Under the pieces are notes generated by a model that was given only the letters and a program-made list of their open reading frames with translations, was not told the DNA's origin and searched no databases. 64,000 nucleotides of DNA from an uncultured Acidimicrobiia bacterium. GTDB lineage: Bacteria > Actinomycetota > Acidimicrobiia > Spongiisociales > UBA11373. The stretch's first letter is position 1. Every line of letters starts with the position of its first letter. Location of the stretch: the NCBI GenBank assembly GCA_964633975.1, contig CAZWKX010000002.1, positions 18,296 through 82,295 on the forward strand, written 5' to 3'. Positions 36,025-45,316 of this stretch are shown here, piece after piece. The translations under genes were made by a program, and so were the position numbers.

Positions 36025-36074
36025 ATCTTCGATCGGCGCGCACCGCTCCCGTCGCTGCTTGAATCCGCCTCGAC

Positions 36075-37451
36075 ATGAGACTTCGTCTTCGCCGCCCTCG
36101 CGATCTCGCCATCGCCCTGCGCGATCTGGCTCGACGGCGGCCTCGGCAGGCCGAGGAGTACCTCGACACCCACCAGGAACAGTGGGGTTCTCTCGCCGAG
36201 GCCGACCCCCACGACGCCGCAGACATCCTCGAGGCACTCGACGAGGAAGCGGCCGCCGACCTGATCTCCGGTCTTGAGGCCGAGCAGGCCGCAGAGGTGC
36301 TGGAGGAGATGCGCCACGAGGCCGCCGCCGACGTGCTCGAGGAGATGTCACCGGCGGAGGCGGCCGAGATGATCGCCGCCCTCCCCCCGGATGAGGCCGC
36401 CGACATCATCGGCCAGCTTGAGGAAGACGCCCGTCGCCAGCTACTCGAGTCGGTCGGCGCCGAAGAGCTGGGCGAGGCACTCGCGCTCCTCGCCTACCCC
36501 GCCGATTCCGCCGGGGGCCTGATGACGACCGAGGTGGCCACGCTGCCGTCCGCCATCAGTGCCGGGGAGGCCATCGAGGCGCTGCGCCGACTGCACGACT
36601 CCTTGGAGAGCCTCTCCTACGTGTACGTCGTCGATCCAACACGACGCCTCCTCGGAGTTGTCTCGTTCCGCGACCTCGTGTTTGCCCGCCCCGGGGCCAC
36701 ACTCGACGAGGTCATGGTGCCGAGCCCGGTGGCGGTGCGGACCGAGACCGACCGCGCCGACGTCGCCAGCCTCATCCAGCGCTACAACCTGCTCGCCCTC
36801 CCCGTCGTCGACCGCGAGGGCGTCCTCCTCGGCATGGTCACGATCGACGACGTCATCGTCGAGGTGCAGCAGGAGGCCACCGAGGACATCGCCGCCATGG
36901 TCGGTGCCGGCCTCGAGGAGACCATCTACACCCCCGTGTCGCACTCGGTGCGATCCCGCCTGCCCTGGACCGCGTTCAATCTCGCCACCGCGTTTCTGGT
37001 CGGCTTCGTCGTCAGCCGCTTCGAGCCGGTCATCAGCCGGCTCACAGTGCTCGCCGCCTACATGCCCGTCATTGCCTCGGTGGGAGGCAACAGCGGAGCC
37101 CAAAGCCAGGCCATCGTCATCCGTGCCATGGCCATCGACCACATCCCGTCGGTTCTGATACGGCGGGTCCTCTTCCGCTCCACCCTCATCGGTCTCTTCA
37201 ACGGCCTCGCCATCGGCGCACTGTCGGGGACGATCGCCGCCCTCTTCACGCACAACGCCAAGATTGGGATGGTCATCGGCCTGGCCGCCTTCACCAACCT
37301 GCTCGTAGCCAATCTCGCCGGCAGCAGCATCCCGTTGATCCTCGACAAGATGGGACAGGACCCGGCACTCGCCTCGAACATCTTCATGACGATGATTACC
37401 GACCTGGTGGGCTTCGGCGGGTTCCTCGCCATCGCCACCGCGCTTCTGTAG
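36075..37451 (+). CDS. mgtE: Magnesium transporter MgtE
   Basis: 458 aa with an N-terminal acidic MgtE-N domain, tandem CBS domains (LLGVVSFRDLVFARP.., LLGMVTIDDVIVEV) and a 5-TM C-terminal pore domain. Confidence 0.9.
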   Translation: MRLRLRRPRDLAIALRDLARRRPRQAEEYLDTHQEQWGSLAEADPHDAADILEALDEEAAADLISGLEAEQAAEVLEEMRHEAAADVLEEMSPAEAAEMIAALPPDEAADIIGQLEEDARRQLLESVGAEELGEALALLAYPADSAGGLMTTEVATLPSAISAGEAIEALRRLHDSLESLSYVYVVDPTRRLLGVVSFRDLVFARPGATLDEVMVPSPVAVRTETDRADVASLIQRYNLLALPVVDREGVLLGMVTIDDVIVEVQQEATEDIAAMVGAGLEETIYTPVSHSVRSRLPWTAFNLATAFLVGFVVSRFEPVISRLTVLAAYMPVIASVGGNSGAQSQAIVIRAMAIDHIPSVLIRRVLFRSTLIGLFNGLAIGALSGTIAALFTHNAKIGMVIGLAAFTNLLVANLAGSSIPLILDKMGQDPALASNIFMTMITDLVGFGGFLAIATALL

Positions 37452-37474
37452 AACCCTGCTCCGCAGCCATCCGC

Positions 37475-37910
37475 CTAGTTGCCCAGGCCGACCCGCTCGG
37501 CGAGCCACTCCTCGTAGGTGATCCCCTCCAAATACGGCTCGAAGTGAACCTGGCGCCAGCGGCGCTGCACCTGCTCGAAGAGCTCGGGAGAGGGCTCCTC
37601 GGCGAGCCCGATGCCGGCAACGGTGAGAGCCGGAGCCCAGCCCCGGCTCCCCAGCGCCTCGTCCACCGCCACCCGCCAGTCGGCGGGTACCCGGCCGTAG
37701 TGCCTCGGATCCGTCCAATAGCGGGCGAGCCTGGCCGCCAGGCGCGCGGCGCGGCGGACCTCCCGTGCCAGCCGGCCGGAGGGCGGTTCCACAGAGCCGA
37801 GAGTGCCTTCGAGCCACTCGGAGAGCACATCGTCGCTGCACCCCTGTGGATCGGCAACGGTCCGCTCGTAGAGCCCGTCGACGGCGGTGACGATGTCGAC
37901 GTAGTTCACC
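37475..37910 (-). CDS. Hypothetical protein (145 aa)
   Basis: VNYVDIVTAVDGLYERTVADPQGCSDDVLSEWLEG... A GTG start overlaps the stop of the upstream aminotransferase gene by 4 nt. The ORF-track N-extension is Arg/Gly-rich antisense artefact. Confidence 0.45.
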
Positions 37911-38733
37911 CGGCCGCGGTCTCCTCGCGCACTATGTCGCGATAGGCGCTTGCCAGCGCCGCAGTTACATCGCCCGTGGCCTTGGCGTGCTCCCCCATCA
38001 CCCCGATCCGGCTGACCTCCTTCACCGTGGAAAGGGCCATCGCCTCGTCCGCATCGATGAGGCGCTGCAAAGGGAAACGGCCCTCTGCGACCGGAAATTC
38101 GAGGCGGGCGGCGCTCTCGATGAGCACGCTGCGGGTGATCGAAGGCAGGATGCCCAGAGCCAGCTCGGGTGTCTCGATGTGGCCGTCGTTGAACCAAGCC
38201 ACAGTGAACGTCGGGCCCTCCAAGACGAGATTCCCGGCACCGAGAAGCAGGGCGTCATCGAATCCCCGCCCCCGGGCAATGTCGCCGCAGGCCATGTTCG
38301 GAGCATACGACAGCCACTTCACCCCGTAGAACGGGCTCTTGTTTGTGGCCGGATGCCAAGGAGCCACGACCGGAAGCAGCCGAAGCGCCTCGGGCACCGG
38401 GGGCATCGGCTCCCAGAGCACGATGGCGCGCGACGCCGCCCCCTGCAACAGATCCCGGCCTCCTCCGGTCACGATGATGCGAACCAGGCAGCTCCCCCCG
38501 GAGGCTGCAACGGCCGAGGCCCAAGCTTCGAGATCCGCACGCTGCGGTGGCTCCACACCAATCACCGCCAGGCCGCGCAAGAGCCGATCCAGATGCTCGG
38601 CCAGCCGAAACAGCACACCGTCGTACGACCGGACGACCTCAAAACACCCAAACCCACGCTGCAACCCCCAATCGAACACCGAGACGAACGCCTCCTCGGG
38701 CGCCACTTCTGCACCGTCGACGAGAACTCTCAT
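37906..38733 (-). CDS. Aminotransferase class IV (branched-chain aminotransferase / aminodeoxychorismate lyase family)
   Basis: 275 aa with fold-type IV PLP enzyme patterns (FGCFEVVRSYDGVLFRLAEHLDRL, ..ESAARLEF..). Confidence 0.7.
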   Translation of the reverse strand: MRVLVDGAEVAPEEAFVSVFDWGLQRGFGCFEVVRSYDGVLFRLAEHLDRLLRGLAVIGVEPPQRADLEAWASAVAASGGSCLVRIIVTGGGRDLLQGAASRAIVLWEPMPPVPEALRLLPVVAPWHPATNKSPFYGVKWLSYAPNMACGDIARGRGFDDALLLGAGNLVLEGPTFTVAWFNDGHIETPELALGILPSITRSVLIESAARLEFPVAEGRFPLQRLIDADEAMALSTVKEVSRIGVMGEHAKATGDVTAALASAYRDIVREETAAG

Positions 38734-38789
38734 GTTGCTCAGGCTAGCTCCGGCCTCACCGCCGCCGACCGCGGCCCTAGCCTTCTGAC

Positions 38790-41681
38790 ATGGCCCGCTC
38801 CCTGGCCCGCTACGGCATCGACGAGACCATCCGGGGGCCGCTATCCGCGGCCGGATGGATCGACGGCGACTCGCTGGCCCAGGCGGCCGTCCCTCTGCTC
38901 GAAGAAAGCCGAAGAGGACCCGACCCCGACGGGGCGCTGCCTCGCCTCGCCGCCGTGCTCGAGGCCGATCCGGCCCTTGGGCGACGGGCCTTGGACCACC
39001 CCTTCCTAGGCCGCGCTCTCATCGCCATCGCCGGCGCCAGCCCGGCCCTATCACGTATCGCCGCAGCCGACCCCGCCGCTCTGCTGCGCGCCGCCGACGG
39101 GCCACCGGCCCGCCAGCACATAGAGCTGCCGGGAGACCGGGCCGGACAGCTTCGAGCCATCCGGCGCCAGGTCTCGGCACGCCTCCTCGGCATCGCCGCC
39201 CACGACCTCATCGGCCGGCTTCCCATGCCCAAGGTCGCCCGCCATCTCAGCAACGTTGCCGACGATGCGGCCGCGGCTGCCATCGCGGCCATGGCCGACG
39301 ACCCCCACCTCGAAGGTATCGACCCGGTCCCCTTCTCCGTAATCGCCATGGGCAAGTGGGGCGGACGCGAGCTCAACTACGCCTCCGACATCGACGTGAT
39401 GTTCGTATACGAAGCGCCCGAGGGTCACACGCAGGCGGCTCATTCCGCCCAGCGCCGCGCCGAATCGTTTCTCGATGCGCTCGCCACCCCCACCGCCGAC
39501 GGCCTCGCCTTTAGGGTCGACGCCGACCTCAGGCCCGAAGGCGCGTCAGGACCCCTGGCTCGCACGCTCGCCTCCTATCGGTCCTACTGGGAACGCTGGG
39601 CCGACACCTGGGAGTTCCAGGCCCTCATCAAGGCACGCGTCGCAGCCGGCGACCGGAAGCTGGGCAACGCCTTTCTCAAGGCCGCCGAGCCCTTCGTCTA
39701 CCCAGAGACCCTCGGCGCCGACGCCGTACACGAGGTCAGATCCCTCAAAGCGAGGGCCGAGGCACTGGCGGAGCGCCAAAGCGGTGTCGAGATCAAACGC
39801 GGCGTCGGGGGAATCCGTGACGTTGAGTTCGCCGTGCAGCTCCTTCAGCTGGTCCACGGCCGCAGCGATCCCAGCCTGCGATCGGCCAACACCTTGGAAG
39901 CCCTCAAAGTGCTGCGCCGCTCCGGATACGTGCGACCCGACGACGCCGCGGCTCTCGAAGATGCATATCGCTGGCTTCGCGACGTCGAGCATCGGCTCCA
40001 GATCGTCGAGCTCCGTCAGACTCATGAGCTACCCGCCAGCTCTTTCGAACGCGATCGTATAGCCAAGTCCATGGGATTCCGGGACGACGCCGAGGCCACC
40101 GCTCTCGAGCGGTTCGAGGCCGAGCTGGTGGAACTGCGTGCCGCCATTCGCACAATCCACGAGAGGCTCTTCTACCGCCCTTTGCTCGAGGCGTACGCCG
40201 AATCGCCCGTCGTTCGTCTCACCCCCGAAGGCGCGGCGCGACAGCTGGCTGCGCTCGGCTTCACCGATCTCGAAGGCGCCAAGCAGGCATTCGCCGACCT
40301 CACCACCGGTCTCTCTCGCCGCAGCAAGCTCATGCAGCAGCTCCTCCCCTTGATGATGGACTGGCTTTCCCAGGCCCCCAACCCCGACCTGGGGCTCGCC
40401 CAGCTGCGGCTTCTGGTCACCTCGACCCCCGACAATGCTCTGCTCGTCTCTGCGATGCGCGACAACCCGGTTGCCGCCGAACGGCTGTGCACGCTCCTCG
40501 GCACAGGCAAGCTCCTCGGCAGGCTGCTCGACCGCATTCCACCAAGCCTTTCCCGCCTCGGAGACAATGCAGCCCTCGGCGCCTTCCCAGAACGCGATGC
40601 CCTCATCGAAGAAGCCGAGCGCCGTGTGGCTCTGCGCTCCGGTGACGACACCGCCCCCGAAGCCCTGCGCCGCTTCACCGAGGCCCACCTGCTCTGGATC
40701 GCCGGCCAGGATCTCATCGGCCACGTCGACGAGGTCCTCGTCGGCCGGCGCCTCTCCGACCTCGCCGATGCGGCCGTCGAGTCCGCACTCTCGCTGGCAG
40801 TCCGTCTCCAGCAGGGCGAAGGAATCGAGCCGCCGCCGATCGCGATCATCGCCTTCGGCAAATGGGGCGGCCGCGAGCTCAACTACGGCTCCGACCTCGA
40901 TGCCATGGCCGTGTTCCGGTCCACCGCCGACGGAGGTGCCGAAACCGCAGCCCGCGTCGTCGAGAGCCTGATGGCAACGCTCACCCCGGGGGCCGCGGTC
41001 TGGCCCGGCCTTTCCGTGGATCTAGATCTCCGTCCCGAGGGCCGCAAGGGCCCCATCGCCCGCTCCCTCGAGGCCTTCCTGACCTACTGGACGCGCTGGG
41101 CCGACACCTGGGAGCTCCAGGCCTTGCTTCGAGCTCGGCACGCCGCCGGCGACCCTGATCTGGGAGCCGAGTTCATGGCAGCCGCCGAGGACCGCCTCTT
41201 CGCCGCCGGCCTCGGCAGAGACTCCGAGCGCGAGATACGACGGATCAAAGCACGCGTCGAACAAGAGCGGATTTCCCCCGACGAGGACCCCGAGTTCCAC
41301 ATGAAGCTGGGCCGAGGGGGCATGTCCGACGTCGAATGGCTGGTGCAGCTCCTCCAGCTGCGCCATGGCGGCAAGACCCCGCCGCTCCGGACCTCCAGCA
41401 CGCTGGCCGGCCTGCAAGCCCTCGAAGACGCCGATCTGCTGTCGCACGAGCACGCCCAGATTCTCGAAGCCTCGTACCGCTTCTGCGCACGAGTACGGAA
41501 TCGCCTCTTCCTCCAAGCGGGCCGGCCTCGCGACTCGCTGCCATCCGATCCCGCAGAGGTGACACGACTCGCCCGTTCGCTCGGCTATGCGCGTCTGCCC
41601 CGAGCGTCGCTTCGGGAGGAGTACCGCCGACTCACCCGCAGAGCCAGGCGGGTCTTTGAGCAACTCTTCTACGAGCAATAG
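38790..41681 (+). CDS. glnE: Bifunctional glutamine synthetase adenylyltransferase / adenylyl-removing enzyme
   Basis: 963 aa with two tandem GlnE nucleotidyltransferase domains (..GKWGGRELNYASDIDVMFVYE.. and ..GKWGGRELNYGSDLDAMAVF..). Confidence 0.9.
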   Translation: MARSLARYGIDETIRGPLSAAGWIDGDSLAQAAVPLLEESRRGPDPDGALPRLAAVLEADPALGRRALDHPFLGRALIAIAGASPALSRIAAADPAALLRAADGPPARQHIELPGDRAGQLRAIRRQVSARLLGIAAHDLIGRLPMPKVARHLSNVADDAAAAAIAAMADDPHLEGIDPVPFSVIAMGKWGGRELNYASDIDVMFVYEAPEGHTQAAHSAQRRAESFLDALATPTADGLAFRVDADLRPEGASGPLARTLASYRSYWERWADTWEFQALIKARVAAGDRKLGNAFLKAAEPFVYPETLGADAVHEVRSLKARAEALAERQSGVEIKRGVGGIRDVEFAVQLLQLVHGRSDPSLRSANTLEALKVLRRSGYVRPDDAAALEDAYRWLRDVEHRLQIVELRQTHELPASSFERDRIAKSMGFRDDAEATALERFEAELVELRAAIRTIHERLFYRPLLEAYAESPVVRLTPEGAARQLAALGFTDLEGAKQAFADLTTGLSRRSKLMQQLLPLMMDWLSQAPNPDLGLAQLRLLVTSTPDNALLVSAMRDNPVAAERLCTLLGTGKLLGRLLDRIPPSLSRLGDNAALGAFPERDALIEEAERRVALRSGDDTAPEALRRFTEAHLLWIAGQDLIGHVDEVLVGRRLSDLADAAVESALSLAVRLQQGEGIEPPPIAIIAFGKWGGRELNYGSDLDAMAVFRSTADGGAETAARVVESLMATLTPGAAVWPGLSVDLDLRPEGRKGPIARSLEAFLTYWTRWADTWELQALLRARHAAGDPDLGAEFMAAAEDRLFAAGLGRDSEREIRRIKARVEQERISPDEDPEFHMKLGRGGMSDVEWLVQLLQLRHGGKTPPLRTSSTLAGLQALEDADLLSHEHAQILEASYRFCARVRNRLFLQAGRPRDSLPSDPAEVTRLARSLGYARLPRASLREEYRRLTRRARRVFEQLFYEQ

Positions 41682-41701
41682 CTGCAGGGCAAAGGGCTAC
41701 C

Positions 41702-42907
41702 ATGCCGCCCCTTCGAGACACCATGCCACACGTCGAACAGATCAGATCCCTCGTCGACGAAGAAGCCACAGCCGCCGTAGCGCTGCGCCGCGCCCTGCAT
41801 CGACGGCCGGAGCTGGCCTGGCAGGAGTTCCAGACCACAGACACGCTGGCGGCCTTTCTCGCCGAAGCCGGACTGGAACCACGACTGCGCGAGGAAGGGA
41901 CCGGCCTGACGGTCGACGTAGGACCCGAAAGAGGCCCCACCGTCGCCTTCCGCGCCGATCTCGACGCTCTCCCGATCACCGAGGAGAACCCGGTGCCCTA
42001 TGCCTCGGCGGTCCCCGGCGTCATGCACGCCTGCGGGCACGACGTGCATACCGCCATCGCCGCCGGCATAGCCCGGGTTCTCAGCCGCGCCGGCAGCCTT
42101 CCGGGGCGGGCCCGGATCGTCTTCCAGCCGGCCGAGGAGGCGTCGCCGGGGGGCGCGGTGAGCCTCATCGCCGACGGCGTGCTCAAAGACATTTCGGCGA
42201 TCCTTGCCTTCCACGTTGACCCATCGATCCCGCCGGGCACCGTCGGCTTGCGCGCCGGTCCCATCACAGGCGCCTGCGATCGGCTCCGGGTCCTGCTCAC
42301 CGGGCCCGGCGGTCACACCTCCCGACCCCATCTCACCGTCGACCTGGTGCATGCCGCAGCCAGAGTCGTCGACGCCTTGCCCGCGCTGCTCCAGCGAACC
42401 ATCGACCCGCGCCACCCCATCGTCACGGTCTTCGGCCGCATTTCAGGCGGCGAGGCAGAGAACGTAATCCCCACTCGCATCGAGCTGGCCGGCACGGTCC
42501 GGCTCTTCGACCTGGAGACGTGGCGCTCCTTGCCGGAGACGGTGGGGCGCCTCATCGACGGCATCGCCGGTCCCCTCGGCGCCACCGCCACCGTCGACTA
42601 CCGGCCAGGCTCACCCCCGGTTGTGAACGACGCCGAGATCATCGAAGTACTCCGGGCCGCCGCAAGCGAAGCCCTCGGAGCCGATTCGGTGCTCTCCACG
42701 CACCGGAGCATGGGTTCCGAGGATTTCGCCCGGTACCTGGAATCGGTCCCCGGTGCCCTGCTGCGCCTCGGAGCAGCGCTCCCCGACCGAAGAACCGACC
42801 TCCACGCCGCCGATTTCGACATCGACGAGCGGGCCGTCGGCGCCGGGATCCTTGCCGGGGCGGTCTGTCTCCTCCACCTCATGGAGGACCGCGTCGTCCG
42901 CTCCTAG
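41702..42907 (+). CDS. M20D-family amidohydrolase (N-acyl-L-amino-acid amidohydrolase / hippurate hydrolase-like)
   Basis: HACGHDVHTA metal-binding motif and M20 dimerisation-domain architecture. The start may be at MPHVEQ (41723). Confidence 0.8.
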   Translation: MPPLRDTMPHVEQIRSLVDEEATAAVALRRALHRRPELAWQEFQTTDTLAAFLAEAGLEPRLREEGTGLTVDVGPERGPTVAFRADLDALPITEENPVPYASAVPGVMHACGHDVHTAIAAGIARVLSRAGSLPGRARIVFQPAEEASPGGAVSLIADGVLKDISAILAFHVDPSIPPGTVGLRAGPITGACDRLRVLLTGPGGHTSRPHLTVDLVHAAARVVDALPALLQRTIDPRHPIVTVFGRISGGEAENVIPTRIELAGTVRLFDLETWRSLPETVGRLIDGIAGPLGATATVDYRPGSPPVVNDAEIIEVLRAAASEALGADSVLSTHRSMGSEDFARYLESVPGALLRLGAALPDRRTDLHAADFDIDERAVGAGILAGAVCLLHLMEDRVVRS

Positions 42908-43917
42908 ACCAGCCTTCCCACAACCTCGGCCAGGGCGCGTATCTGGGTCATCAGCTCGACGAACTCCGCGGGGAGTATCGCCTGGGCCCCGTCCACCAAC
43001 GCGGTCTCAGGAGCCGGATGCACGTCAACCAAGATGCCGTCGGCGCCTATGGCCACCGCCGAACGAGCGAGCGGCGACACCAGAAAGCGGTGACCCCCCG
43101 AGTGCGAAGGATCGACGATGATCGGAAGGTGCGAGAGGCTCTTCACCACCGGGATCGCCGAGATGTCGAGCGTGTTGCGGGTCCGGCCCTCGAAGGTGCG
43201 TATGCCCCTCTCGCACAACACGATGTGGTGGTTGCCCTCCTTGTAGATGTACTCGGCGGCGTTGAGCCACTCGTCGATGGTGGCGGTGAAGCCCCGTTTC
43301 AGCAGCACCGGCTTCGGCTGACGACCCACCTCGGCGAGGAGGGTGAAGTTGGCCATGTTGCGCGTGCCGATACGCAGCAGGTCGGCGTACGAGGCGACGA
43401 GCTCGACGTGCCGGGGATCGACCACCTCGGCGACAAAAGGCAGCCCGTACTCCTCTCGAGCCTCGGCCAGCAGCTTCAGGCCCCGCTCCCCAAGGCCCTG
43501 GAACGTGTAGGGGGAGGTCCGCGGCTTGAAGGCGTCACCTCGCAGGATCGAGGCCCCGGCCTCCTTTACGGCAGCGGCCGAGGCGAAGAGCTGCTCTCGG
43601 CTCTCCACGGCGCACGGCCCGGCAATCACAACGAGCTTGTCGCCGCCTACAGCAACACCCCCCACATCGATGACGGAGTCCTTCTCCTGGAACTCCCGGC
43701 TCACGAATTTGAAGGGGGTGAGTACAGGCACAGCCCGTTCCACGCCCGGGAAGGCCTCCCAGGGCAGCTGCTGGATGTGGGCCCGATCTCCCACCGCGCC
43801 GATGACCGTGCGGAACTGCCCCTCCGACACATGAGCTTCGGCGCCGATCTCGCGCAGCCTCTCCACCACGCGTGCCACGTCCTCGTCCGTCGAGCCGTGT
43901 TTCATAACAATGATCAA
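42904..43917 (-). CDS. 3-deoxy-7-phosphoheptulonate (DAHP) synthase, type I-beta with N-terminal ACT/ferredoxin-like regulatory domain
   Basis: LIIVMKHGSTDEDVARVVERLREIGAEAHVSEGQFRTVIGAVGD is collinear with the Thermotoga-type DAHPS N-domain. The KDO8P/DAHPS TIM-barrel motifs (GPCAVES, KPRTSPY, RGIRTFE) are present. A TTG start at 43915..43917 follows GAGGTGGTGA. Confidence 0.8.
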   Translation of the reverse strand: MIIVMKHGSTDEDVARVVERLREIGAEAHVSEGQFRTVIGAVGDRAHIQQLPWEAFPGVERAVPVLTPFKFVSREFQEKDSVIDVGGVAVGGDKLVVIAGPCAVESREQLFASAAAVKEAGASILRGDAFKPRTSPYTFQGLGERGLKLLAEAREEYGLPFVAEVVDPRHVELVASYADLLRIGTRNMANFTLLAEVGRQPKPVLLKRGFTATIDEWLNAAEYIYKEGNHHIVLCERGIRTFEGRTRNTLDISAIPVVKSLSHLPIIVDPSHSGGHRFLVSPLARSAVAIGADGILVDVHPAPETALVDGAQAILPAEFVELMTQIRALAEVVGRLV

Positions 43918-44098
43918 GGTGTCATCACCACCTCGGGACACATGACTCCTCACCGAGGCACCCGCATCGGTATGCCGCCGGCACCCGGCGGGCGGCACGA
44001 TCAGTCAGCATAGGGCGTTGTGCAACCGCTGGAAAAAGCGCGATCGTTTCGGCGCGTCGACTCGACTCGATACCGGCGCGGGCCGGACCGGGGCGCCC

Positions 44099-44503
44099 CT
44101 AGTACTCAACGACCGAACGGAGCTCCTTGGCATGTGCCACCCAACGTTCAACCATCGACTCCGTGGGAAGGCGGCGCACCAGCCTCTTGCGCTCGTTGAC
44201 CTCGGCCATCGCCTCGGTCAGGTTCGACGCATTCCGCGTGCGTAGCTCCTTCACGGTGTCGACACCGGCCGCCTCGAGAAGGTCGGAGTATTCCTCGCCG
44301 ACTCCCTTCACCCTCATCAGATCGGCCCGGTTGACCCACTCCAGAATCAGATGCTGGCTGAGGCCGGTAGCCCCACTCAGCGCCTTGCGGCCCTTTCTCG
44401 TCGCCCCGCGCCTGAGCAGAGCTTCCGTTGTACGGACTTTCGCCTTGCGCAGGGTACGACCGTACTGGACACCAATCCCCTCGATGGCATCGATGGAAGC
44501 CAT
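44099..44503 (-). CDS. DUF4332-like helix-hairpin-helix domain protein
   Basis: 134 aa MASIDAIEGIGVQYGRTL..LILEWVNRADLMRVKGVGEEYSDLLEAAGVDTVKEL.., a conserved uncharacterised family. Confidence 0.55.
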   Translation of the reverse strand: MASIDAIEGIGVQYGRTLRKAKVRTTEALLRRGATRKGRKALSGATGLSQHLILEWVNRADLMRVKGVGEEYSDLLEAAGVDTVKELRTRNASNLTEAMAEVNERKRLVRRLPTESMVERWVAHAKELRSVVEY

Positions 44504-44616
44504 GGCACTCCTTCCAAAGGTTGCGGCGGTGGAGCCAAGCCTAGGTGCGGCTCAGCCAGCGCGGGCGCAGAATACAGTTTCGCTTCGGCAAGCTGCAGAC
44601 GAACGGCCGAGCATCT

Positions 44617-45210
44617 TCAGCGGCCCCGTCTCCTGAGATCCTCAGGCTCATCGACGTCGTCCGGGGGCAGGCAGTCGAACCTCACCTCCTTCACCCACTG
44701 TGGATGAGCTTTGAGCAAGCCGGCAGCGCCTTGATCGCCGGTGAGCCCGGCAAACCGAGGCCACAGCGAGCGATCTACGAGCACGGGATTGCCCCGCTGG
44801 TAGCGGTATACGGGGATCACCGCCGGCCGGCCGCTGCTCTGCATCACCTCCAGCAGCCGGGGAGGCACGGCGGCTGGGATCTCCGGCTGATCGCCCAGCA
44901 CCATGAATGCCCTCTCCGGCGCCCGCTCGCGCATGAGAACGTCGACACCCACTCGAATAGAGGAGGCCAACCCCTCTTCCCACTCTGGGTTCACCGCGAT
45001 CACCGAATCCCCAAAGTCGACCGCTTCGAGGATCTGGTCGGCATCGGCGCCGAGCACGACGACCATGAGATCGACGGGCCAGCCGGAGACCATGGTGACG
45101 ACCTGCTCCAGCAGCGGACGCCCATCCCACTCGACGAGCTGCTTGGGGCGCCCCATGCGGCGCGCCCCACCACCAGCGAGCACCAGCGCGGCCGTGGACA
45201 TCGGGGTCAC
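44617..45210 (-). CDS. MobA-like NTP-transferase, likely molybdenum cofactor cytidylyltransferase (MocA)
   Basis: 197 aa AALVLAGGGARRMGRPKQLVEWDGRPLL.. is the nucleotidyl-transferase signature. That size and architecture fit MocA/MobA. CTP vs GTP specificity is not decidable from sequence. Confidence 0.6.
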   Translation of the reverse strand: MTPMSTAALVLAGGGARRMGRPKQLVEWDGRPLLEQVVTMVSGWPVDLMVVVLGADADQILEAVDFGDSVIAVNPEWEEGLASSIRVGVDVLMRERAPERAFMVLGDQPEIPAAVPPRLLEVMQSSGRPAVIPVYRYQRGNPVLVDRSLWPRFAGLTGDQGAAGLLKAHPQWVKEVRFDCLPPDDVDEPEDLRRRGR

Positions 45211-45316
45211 CTTCCTTCGGCTCGTTCACGTTAGCCAGCCTCGCCCAGACTCCCGGCAAGGCCCCACCACGCGAGCCACCCGTGTGTCGAAGAGAACGTT
45301 CGCCCGGCGAAAACGC

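Noticed and set aside
35940-36074. tRNA-Sec (selC) or M-box riboswitch between selD and mgtE
   Set aside because: The GC-rich hairpin has a simple 11-bp stem and a GNRA loop, not a cloverleaf, and no CCA, T-loop or anticodon-arm arrangement is present. M-box conserved stretches were not found.
42520-44013. 497-aa plus-strand ORF
   Set aside because: Antisense to the DAHP synthase gene; Arg/His/Gly-rich with no motif content.
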